Source of the DNA: Blasia pusilla
Taxonomy: Eukaryota
Length of the DNA stretch: 64,000 bases
NCBI GenBank assembly: GCA_050084515.1
Contig: CM114271.1
Location: forward strand, 4,278,001-4,342,000
Direction: 5' to 3'
Made by a program: the position numbers and the translations under genes. This document shows, piece after piece, positions 53,601-64,000 of the stretch. The notes under the pieces are model-generated. The model ran no database searches. It was not told the origin of the DNA and saw nothing but the letters and a program-made list of their open reading frames with translations. Positions within the stretch are counted from its first letter, which is position 1. Every line of letters begins with the position of its first letter.

Positions 53601-53685
53601 GAACGTCATAACATCTATCCCTAGTGTGACCATATCTGTGGCAATAGTCACACTGGTATTGTGGTGGGCTCTGGGGTCTCACTTC
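47630..53685 (-). pseudogene. Element 2 gag C-terminus-protease-DNMT-RT-RNase H-integrase-PHD, decayed
   Basis: Colinear with element 1: ALLDLGAQPLMLG, RRMCGDY, LPFGLKNAP, YASRS..YSSYEGECLA, WSLDFAG, LVCDGCSRGWHMSCLNPPL. Confidence 0.9.
50980..51945 (-). pseudogene. Element 2 DNMT3-like C5 cytosine methyltransferase domain
   Basis: RVLDLFGGIST, LVIAGWPCEGHS, YILENV, LDAARVGSYAHHPRLWWTN, ERERAMGF, SRRQVLGQAM. Confidence 0.9.
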
Positions 53686-53889
53686 TACGGAAGAGATCCA
53701 TCACGTACGACAAAGTATAGGGTTTTTTAATTCAATTTCGGGGAAGACTTATAAGGTTTTGTGGAAGAACTTAAGGGTATTTTTAATATAGGAAAACACT
53801 TATAACAAACATAGGGATTTATTAATTCTTTTTCTGTACATGGAAGATGTTCAAGGAAGTAAGGGGGAGATTAAGAAGATAGGAGACCA

Positions 53890-55415
53890 AATGTAGGGTT
53901 TGCGATTTTTATTTTCATGTGTGGGAGTTTATTTGAAGTTTTGATTTTTTCCCTGTCTTCCCAGGCTTGGAGTGTCTCTTTATGAAAATTTTCGTGATTT
54001 TTGAATCCTAGTTGAAGGCGAGGGGACAAAAAGAGGGGTCAAGAAGGAAGAGGAGGGCTTCGAGTAAGAAAGTTCCAAGTCTTTGTTAATTTCATATCCA
54101 CATTGAGTTATGTTTTGTTCCAACCATTGGATGGTGTTGACACTTGGCACATACCTTTATATTAAATCCCTTGTAAACTTCAATGGCTCAGATTTGCTAT
54201 CTTGGCTTCCATGCTCAAACAAAAAATAGAAGACCATTTTTTGGGTTGAGGATTTTTATTTTCATATGTGGGCGTTCATTTGAAGCTTTGATTTTTTCCC
54301 TATGTTCCTTGGCTTGGATTTCCCCTTTGGGAAAAGTTGTGTGATTTTTGGAACCCTGGTTGAAGGGGAGGGGACAAAAAGAGGGGTCAAGAAGGAAGAG
54401 GAGGGCTTCAAGTAGGAAAGTTCTAAGTCTTTGTTAATTTTCATATCCACATTGAGTTATGTTTTGTTCCAACCATTGGATGGTATTGACACTTGGCACA
54501 TACCTTTATATTAAATCCCTTGCAAATTTCAACGGCTCAGATTTGCTATCTTGGCTTCCATGCTCAAACAAAAAATAGAAGACCATTTTTTGGGTTGAGG
54601 ATTTTTATTTTCATATGTGGGCGTTCATTTGAAGCTTTGATTTTTTTCCCTATGTTCCTTGGCTTGGATTTCCCCTTTGGGAAAATTTGTGTGATTTTTG
54701 GAACCCTGGTTGAAGGGGAGGGGATAAAAAGAGGGGTCAAGAAGGAAGGGGAGGGCTTCGAGTAAGAAAGTTCCAAGTCTTTGTTAATTTTTATATCCAC
54801 ATTGAGTTATGTTTTGTTCCAACCATTGGATGGTATTGACACTTGGCACATACCTTTATATTAAATCCCTTGCAAATTTCAACGGCTCAGATTTGCTATC
54901 TTGGCTTCCATGCTCAAACAAAAAATAGAAGACCATTTTTTGGGTTGAGGATTTTTATTTTCATATGTGGGCGTTCATTTGTAGTTTTGATTTTTTTCCC
55001 TATGTTCCTGGGCTTGGATTGCCTCTTTGGGAAAGGTTGTATGATTTTTGGAACCCTGGTTGAAGGGGAGGGGACAAAAAGAGGGGTCAAGAAGGAAGAG
55101 TAGGGCTTCTAGTAGGAAAGTTCCAAGTCTTTGTTTCATTTTCATGTTCACATTGAAGTATGTTTTGTTCCAACAATTGGATGGTGTTGAAACTTGGAAC
55201 GCATTGGAATGCATTGAAAACTTCAACGGTTCAGATTTGCCATTATGACTTCCATACTGAAACAAAAAATGGGAGACGACTTTTAGGATTTACGATTTTC
55301 ATGCGTGAATGGTTGTTTAAAGTCTAAGAATTCCTATGCTTGGACTAGTTCCTTTTTTTTAGGCTTGGATTAATTCTTTAGTTGGAAAAAATTGGATGAT
55401 TTTTGGAACCCTAAC
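53890..55415. repeat. ~350-bp tandem repeat, ~4.5 copies
   Basis: CACTTGGCACATACCTTTATATTAAATCCC at 54141, 54490 and 54840; terminal copies more diverged. Confidence 0.92.
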
Positions 55416-55904
55416 TTATGCTAAATTTGAATTGGCAAGGTATGTGGCTTTGGCTACATTATGTTTTGTATAACTTTAGTTGAAAATTCCCTTGTTTGAA
55501 AGGGAGAGTAGTATGTTTTATTTTTGTATATTTTCACAACACACTACTCACCCGTCGATCAAACAGATCATTCTAACTTGGGATGCGGAGGCGGGCTTTG
55601 GAGTCTCGGACGTGGGCATTGGAGCTCTACACTCTCTTGCGCGGAAAAAATTCCTCGTTTGTAGCTCTTGCGCGACAAAAATTTTTCTGTTTCTCTCGTC
55701 TTTCCGGTTGGTTGTTGCCTTCTTGAAGGTGCTCGGTGCCAGTACTCGCGTCGTTGGCCACCGTTCAACCTACGCTCTCCGGGTGCACTCCAAGTAAGAA
55801 TCTCTGGATCTGTCTATGTTTCTCTCTTTGTCTGTCTGATAACATGGATTGCAAGAATTACATTCGGAGTCGCATGGCCCTTTTCGGGTCCCTTGTACAT
55901 TGGT

Positions 55905-55908
<4 letters not shown>

Positions 55909-55969
<61 letters not shown>
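55909..55969. repeat. (CT)n microsatellite
   Basis: Direct read. Confidence 0.98.
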
Positions 55970-55971
<2 letters not shown>

Positions 55972-58900
55972 GCCTGGTTGGGTTTAAACCCCAAAACTAC
56001 AAGTCCCGACAGGCCTGGTATGTTGGGACGACATGTTCTAAAGCATTGCTCCTGGGTAGCTTATAATGAGTGAACGCGCGTGCAAGCAATATAGCAATAC
56101 TCTCTGTCGAGTTGCCCATTCTTTGTAGTTGGAACTGTAGTGAGCTTGCGATGTCGTTCCCTGGTTGGTAGGTGTGGATTAGTGTGTCATGTAATCCATG
56201 TGACTTGTGTGATTGTGCCACAAGTAAGGTGTCCGATGGACTTAGTTGGAGAAATGGAGACCTCTCCTTCTTTTGAACTGGATTCACGGGCCCTCCTCTG
56301 CAGCTTAATGCCAGGTACATTCACCTTGGCGGTAGTGATGATCTCAGGGGGGGTAACAAGCGGGCTCTCTTTGGGCACCTGCCGCTTGGAGGCACCCCTC
56401 CGCACAAATAGGACAGCGAGTCCCTGTCTGGACTCTCGGTGGGAGCTTAAACATTCTCCCAAGATCCTAAATCAGTTGTTTGCCAAACCTCTACATATAA
56501 TGAGCGCCTTGAGCCCAACATATCTCCGTTCCTCCCAAGCTTGTGAGGAGTATCAGTTCACCTATCAAGGCGCATACCAAAGCCCAAAGCATCCCCAAGC
56601 TGGGTGGGGAATACCGGAATGTTTACGTGAGATGCTCAAAGGCCCCGGAGTTCGGACTGGGCAGCGAGTTCAATCTGGTCTGAGGAGGAGACCACGGTTC
56701 CACATGATCATTTTCGGTGTACGTCCCACATTAGACTTTGTCTCATTTAAGATCATGTGCGCAACTTTGGGCTTTGAATTCCAATGCTTGGCTTGCCACA
56801 AAAACCAGGTGTCTCAAGATCTGAGACGTGCCTACAACTGGAGGGCTATGGTAGTCGAGGGTGGTTCGGCTTGAAGGAAAGGCCCATCTCCACAAAAGCT
56901 GCTGGTGATCTACACACCTAATGTCTTTAGTGTTCTCCAAGGGACCAGCGATGAAGAGCCTACACATGAAGAGGTTCCATGTCGCAAGCGACCACACCGA
57001 CGCCAAAAGCGTGCCGCCGATCCCCAACTCACTTAGTGACAGTCTCCGTTTGGGTACTGGAACTTCACGTGGACTGACCCATGCAATGAAGCATTTGGAG
57101 GTTGCTGAAGTTTTGCTGAAAAATCAAATACATATATATGCGGGGGTCAGAAACTTGGGAAACCAAGTTAATGGAGATACCCCATGTACCACACTATGCA
57201 TGGTTTGGAAAGATGTGCGAAAGACCAGGCGAACAACAAGAGAGGTATGAAGGGTGTCGGGTTCTTCATCGAGAATTATGGTGGACAGTGTGAGATCATC
57301 AAACACATGGCTAGAGTATGAACACTGACATATGGGTCAAAGTCCAGTGAGTGCAACTCCGGGATATGTATATTGGGTGTATTTACATGCCTACAAACAA
57401 TGAATCTGCTCTTTGAATAGAGAGGGGCGTTTGATAGTGTGAAAACTGATTGCCTTGGGTTCTAGACAAAGGGAACATAGTCATGCTTTGGGAGACTACA
57501 AACAAGGCACCGATCCCAGCGGAGATTGGGATGTTTGGAGATGTGAGAGTGAATGGCAATGGTACACGGTTGATCACGATGTTGAGGGAACTTCAACCGA
57601 TGGCTCTTAATGATAGGCATAAGGTGGGATCCCTTGGCTTGGACTAGGGTCAACTTCAAGGAGAATGAGAGCTCCATTGTGGACTACATAGTTGTGGATG
57701 AGGAACTCTACACACGCAGTGGGAAGATCACAAAGTGGATGCGACATGACATTGGAAGATCATATCATTCATTGGTCGGACAGAGTTGCAACAAAGGCTA
57801 AAATGCTCAACCAAACCAAAGTGAAGAGGGTGATCAAGAAATGGAGGATAGAGGACTTCCAAGATGAGGGCAACAAGAAGGTGTACATTGGCAAGTGGAA
57901 GAAAATCTCTTTGCATTTGACACTTTCATTGAATCTACCGTCAAGACCTTTGGGTTCACAAGAACAACTCTGGACATGGTCTTTGGCATGGTGGGGCGTG
58001 GAGTGACAGATGCCGCCGAGATTGTCGGGGGAAATTGATAATATCGGCAAAGCCGACAAATGGTGGTCCTTGGAACTCAAGGCGACCATTGCCAAACGAA
58101 AAGCGTATGTCACAAGTGCCAAAGCTAGGGCGATGCATCCTTGTGGGCGAGTATGTGGCCCTACGCAGTGAAACCCGTCTTCTCGTGCGCATGCACAAGA
58201 AGAAAATGAACCAAGCCACATACTCATCCATCAATGAGAATTTCACGAGAATCGAAAAAGTTCGGATGGAAGTGCAGAAATTGAGCAAGGCCAGGAAAGA
58301 AACAGCGTAAAGGCCTTGAAGAGAAAAGACGGTGGAATGGTGACCATAGCTAAATAGATCCGACATGTGTTGGAAGGCCATTACAAGGAGTTAGGCGGGA
58401 AGCCCGCTCGGACATCCCTTGAAGAGCAGAACTTGAGAGAGGGTGGTGGAGGATTTTGTAAAGATACAACGGGAGAAGGCGGATGATGATGAGGTTGAGT
58501 TGGGCAATGCATATAATGATTGGTTCTCCCTGGCTGAGGTGGGAGCAGCGATCAAAGAACTTGTGAACCACAAAGCGGCGGTGGTGATGAGCTTGTGAAT
58601 GAGTGTTAAAGTATAGCGATCTTTGCTATGGCTCGTTCTCTAGTGAGTCTCTTCAACTGGTCAGCGGCGAAGTCATCCCACAAAGATGGCGGATGGGAGT
58701 CATCGTGAACCTCTTCAAGAAGGGTGAGCGAGAAGACTCTGGAAACTACTGAGGGGTATTACATTCTTGAGTGTAGTCGGGAAGCTCCTTTGCCGTATAC
58801 TCAACAATAGGATCTCTGTGCACCTTGAGGAGAATTTTGTCATCAAGGAAGGCCAGGTTGGCTTTCGGCAAGCCCAAGGATGCGTGGACCACATCTTCAC

Positions 58901-60625
58901 CTTTAGTCAGATCATCCAGGGTAGGAAAAAGGGAAACCCACCTATTGCTTCTTCTTGGACCTCAAGAAGGCATATGACCTTGTATGGCGTGGCGGGCTTT
59001 CTTATAGCCTTTGTGGAAGGCGGGTGAGAGGGAAAATGTGGAGGATGGTGGAGAAGATGTGCAGAACACAAGGAGTAGAGTTACGTGAATGGCCAAAAGA
59101 GTGGGACATTCGACATCAAGCAAGGAGTGGCTCAAGGATGCCCGCTCTCCCCACCCTCTTCAACATTTTAGTGAATTCCCTATTGGAAGAAATGGAGGAT
59201 AGTGGACTAGGCATACGGGTGGGCAACAACTCTATTGTTGCCCCGATGTTTGCTTGATGACTTTGGTGGCCTTGAGGAAACAGGAGAGAAACTCCAAGAG
59301 ATGATCTCCTTGACCAAAATCTGGTGTGACATGTGGGGCATGGAGGCAAATGTCTTGAAGTGCGGTGTGATGATTTTCAATGGCAAGGAGGAGGACCAAG
59401 ACCAACAGTGGTACTGGGGTGACCAAGAGATCCCCGTGTGGCTACCTACACCTATCTGGGCATAGAATTCTCGGAAGATTGCATGTGGGATGCACACATT
59501 AAGAAGACTCGAGAAAGGCCACAAGAAGGTGAACGGTCTGTCGATTTCTCTGATGTCGGGACATCACATCGGAAGTAAAGCGCTATGTCATTTTGCATAC
59601 CATTCGTCCCTCGCTGGAATACGGGCAGCGCGTGTGTGGGATGCCAACACCAAACAAAGGGATAGGCTTGAAGTTGTGCGGTGAAGGCGTTTGGGGTATG
59701 ATGTCAACTTCATCACGAGCGACCAGCGTTGGTGTGAGATCAGAACTAGGTGTGGAACCCTTGGAGGATAGGCGTGACATCGCCAAGTTGAAATGGCGGA
59801 GGCACCTGGAGACAATGGACTCCCATCGCTATCCTAAAGAGGCGATTGGGAAAACCTGGACCCAAAGAAGACCCGTAAAACAAGCCAAATCTTGGACGAA
59901 AAAGGTTCAAGAGATTGTGCAAGCATCAAGCTCCCCAGAGGCCTGAACTATGGGAGCAAGATGAGAAAGCATTCGTGGATACCATAACCAAAGCATTGGG
60001 CAAACGCTCACAACAGAATAGCATGGAGGAAGCCATGAAAATGTCGACCTCTCTCTTTTGACGGTATATCCGGAGAGGCGAAGCGAAGAACTATTTGCGG
60101 GAACCCCTTGCTTGGGAACCCGGCTCAAGTTCAAGTCAGGGACGGGGCAATCCCCTTGAACCATAAGAAAAGCGGGATGGGAACACAACTAAACTCTTGC
60201 GCCTTGTGTGACGATGGGGACGAAATCTCTAGTCATTACTTGGTCTCTGCGCAAAATTCACAACACACTGAGCAAGAGCATATCTTGATATTGCTAAATT
60301 TGGTAGCACAGGAATTGTTCAACACATTGTAGCCTTGATTCATTGCCCAAAGCTGCTTTGACCTAGTAAGTAATGTCTATTAGGGATCCCAATCGGGTAA
60401 AGTAGATGGTGTGATGAAGAGCTTCTTGGTTGACACTTGAAGCTCCGCACAAACACGTTGTTTGGTCAAGACACTCACACTATATGAGAGTGTCTCCCTC
60501 CTCTCATATGGTACCTTCTTCACTTGCTTCTCTCTCTACACCCATCCCAGTCTCAAGCACCGTCCAACCAGGGCGCGGGGTCTATGGTCGCAAGGCTACG
60601 ACAGGCACTACTTAATGAGTACACA

Positions 60626-60627
<2 letters not shown>
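55970..60627 (+). mobile_element. Near full-length decayed LINE (APE endonuclease + RT)
   Basis: SIVDYIVV, QVGFRQAQGCVDHIF, DLKKAYDLVWR, GVAQG, MFA/DD, C-terminal CALC..H motif; many frameshifts. Confidence 0.88.

Positions 60628-60717
<90 letters not shown>
60628..60717. repeat. (CT)n microsatellite
   Basis: Direct read. Confidence 0.98.
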
Positions 60718-60720
<3 letters not shown>

Positions 60721-61560
60721 GCGATGATCTCTATTGAATTCCGATGATCCCCCTCCCCTCTAAACGAGAACAAAAGAGCTCAAAGCTGCTCCACAGATTT
60801 CTCGTTCTCCTTTTGCTTCTTCTTCTCCGAGGCGCTTGTAGGTAGTATGGGTAGAGGATACCAAAAATCAATTCAGCTTTGATTCCGCTTTGATTTGCTC
60901 CATGTTTGAAAATGGATCTCCGAGAGAAATCATGGATGCACATATGATTGTTTGGCAGGCACAGTAAACCTCTACTTCAAGCCTTAGTGAGATAAGACTA
61001 CCACTCTCAAGGAGCTAGTCTTTCCTCCTGATAATACTTTTAGATGAATTCACTTGCAATAGTCTTTGTAATGATCACAAAGAGATTTCATCCTAGATTT
61101 CCCTCTACAACAGAAATTTGAGTTGTAACCTGTTATTGCCTCAAGCAAGGCTTTTGCTCACTCCTCTTCAATGTGGGGAAAATTTCTTCAAATACCCTAG
61201 AATCGAGCCACATGTCCTAGAGTTTTGGCCCGTTCTCCAATAACCGCATCTGAGACTCCATGGGTAATCGTATTTGAAATCCACTCAAAATGGTTTAACA
61301 CCTTTAGTAAACTATTCAAGATGTAAAATAGCATGGATAAGATGTAAAGCCTCAAATCAAGACTACTACGTTTATGCTTGTGTTTGCATTAGCCTTACTA
61401 AAACTTGCATGTGTTGGCATCCTCTTTGTGCATGGTATATTGAAGGAGACCATAGGGAAGTGATTGCCCTATTGGAGGCCATTGGATTTGACCACCATTG
61501 GGATGCAACTCCTTTTTTCCGCATCATAGAGAGTCTTTTGGCGCACACACTCCATAACAC

Positions 61561-61796
<236 letters not shown>

Positions 61797-63649
61797 GGAT
61801 TGAATGTTCCCATTTTATCAATACTCATATACTAAGCATATACTAAGACATGCATCCTATTGTGCTCTTTGTACGATTGGAGTGGACCTTGGGTATGTGA
61901 CCTAGATTTGATCTAGCCATTTTTTTCTCCTCTCAATCTTGAGTTTGAGACACGACTCATCAAGACAACGCTTGCTTGTCGGAGGACTTGCTCACCTCAA
62001 AGGTTAATGCCACAAGCAAGCTAATGCACTCATTTGCATCACTATTGTGTTCTGCAAGGTATATCATGGGGCATAAATTTCTTCAAATGTCGTAGATGTT
62101 CCCGTGCTTGGTGTTATGTTCAGACCCCACGAAGCAAGAGACACTTGCACAAAGGCTGTGATGTTAATGGCAGGTGGAATTTTGGTGAGTGGCAACTTGT
62201 GTATTTCCGTCATCATACAATTCCAGAGGGCCAGTGTGTGCCTACTTGCGAGTGAACCTACCATGGGACTAGCCCCTCATGCTACTTTCTAAGAAACTCC
62301 ACTTGGGCAATACATGCAAGTAAGGCCACTAGATTTTGGGATTTAGGATTGAGTATTTAAAAGAAAATGTTTGCCCCGTGGTGGCTTTAAATGGGATGTC
62401 TTAGATTCAGGAGATGACATGACAGTGTATATGAATTTATACTGAGTGAGATTGAATGCAAAGTAGCATTTAATAGTAGAATTGCTTTGGATGTGATCTG
62501 TGGAGTTGTATTCTCTGTTGTGGTTTGTATAACAGGTTCATGTGTGTATCCCCATAGTTTCCAATGTTGACTTGGAAACTATAGGGGGAATAAATGCGAG
62601 GGGGGGGCGTCGCGCCCGTTCGCCCATCGGCGACCTAATTTCCGGCCTCCTCTTGCTCTTTCCCGACACACCGGCTTGCGTATCCTCCACGCCACACCAC
62701 ACGCTACACTCGGTTGTTGTCTCACGTCACCCCGTACCAAAGAAATCTGCGAAAAATGGAAAGCGCTTCCACGCACGGTCTCTTAAACACAAAAATGACC
62801 AATACAACGCCAACCAACATCTCCACGGGCTCCCCATCGAGGCAACTTGCTTGCCTACCGGCAAAAAACAAATTCCCACCAGCCCTCACATCTTTCTCAT
62901 GTAAAAATAAAAAGTAGTAAAAACGGCACACCCGGCATATCAAGCCTCGTCCACCCTGTGCTATCAAGGAATCTGGATGCTAGCACCCTAGTCCTATCTC
63001 ACACACATACAAGAGAGGTGCTCCAACGGCCCAACATGAGAAAGATGGCTTAGGAATGCCATCCTCCTCCCTTATATAGGGTTGGGAAGAGCCAAAAGGC
63101 TCTTCCCCTAAAATAGCCATCTCCTTGGTAACGTGCACGCATAGGTTACCAGGGGTGGATGACCTGATCAACAAGTCACCCAATTGTGGAAGATCTCAAA
63201 AGGAAAGTTTTCAGAAATAACGTTCATGACATAATGGACCTATCCTCAACCTCATCCGATAGTCCGTTGGCTCCTATGCCCTATCCACGGTAGATCTTGG
63301 CCTATCGGCTACTCATATGTGACACATACGAGGATAATGTCAATAGTTTTCTATTGGTGTGCACATATTTAAAGGAGTCTCGAACCATACAAAGTGAAAG
63401 AAGAAAGAAGAAACTTCAATAAAAAAAAAACACACAAATGGAAAACCCATCGAGTGTACGAAAGAGGGCGACTCAAAGACTTGAGTGTGTGAAGTCCACA
63501 ACCGGTTGGTAAAGTTATACCTTCTTAGAAAAATCCCTCACATCTATTCATCCTTGGGTTAGTTAACCCGAGGTCCAGATCCCGCAGCCACAGGTTCTAT
63601 TTTGAATAACAGAATAAGAATTTTATTAATACCATATTTTTCACGCAGT

Positions 63650-63720
63650 GACTACAGTGGAGTGGATGGTGTGCTTACTACAGATGTGTAGGTCTCAGGT
63701 TCGAATCCCCTCATATGTGG
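63650..63720 (+). other. tRNA-derived (SINE-head-like) Pol III promoter remnant
   Basis: A-box-like TGGAGTGGATGG at ~63658 and B-box GGTTCGAATCC at 63698; no convincing cloverleaf. Confidence 0.4.
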
Positions 63721-64000
63721 CATGTTTTGCATGAGCCCCTCTTGAATCATAACCCACGTCTAACCCTTATGCCTCTAACCCAAGGACCCGAGGATGAATA
63801 GGCACAAGGGAAAACTCCAAGCATCATATGCACAAGAGGATGGAGCTTCTATGCAAACAAATATGTTGCCCATGCAATTTTAGAAAATATTTTTAAAAAT
63901 TTATTTTGTAATGTTGTTCTCTAGTAATTTTGGTAGAAATTATGTGTTTTCAAGACCATATTTTAAATGCATGGAGGAGTGGGAGAAAAAGAAAAGTTCC

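Noticed and set aside
54262-55265. Repeated short ORFs
   Set aside because: By-products of the 350-bp tandem repeat.

Overview
Eukaryotic, repeat-rich, streptophyte-plant-like genomic DNA. Host genes are an intact but intronless ARF-GAP (BAR-PH-ArfGAP-ankyrin, AGD1-4 type) on the minus strand and a duplicated theta-class glutathione S-transferase: one intact 7-exon copy at 40450-43309 and one disrupted copy at 19428-~22160. The main discovery is two decayed, related Ty3/Gypsy-like retroelements (24176-35634 and 46806-63324, both minus strand). Each encodes gag-protease-[DNMT3-like C5 cytosine methyltransferase]-RT-RNaseH-DDE integrase-[PHD finger]. Instead of two normal LTRs, each has split direct repeats (sense order B...A-B-A) with an internal CA-nn-TG end-to-end junction, TG...CA termini, a 4-bp TSD and no visible tRNA primer-binding site. 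A solo unit with similar termini, a nested solo LTR, LINEs, a Harbinger fragment, candidate Helitron ends bracketing the ARF-GAP gene, a 350-bp tandem repeat, a palindromic 29-bp motif array and microsatellites are also present. All calls come from reading the sequence by eye; no searches were run.
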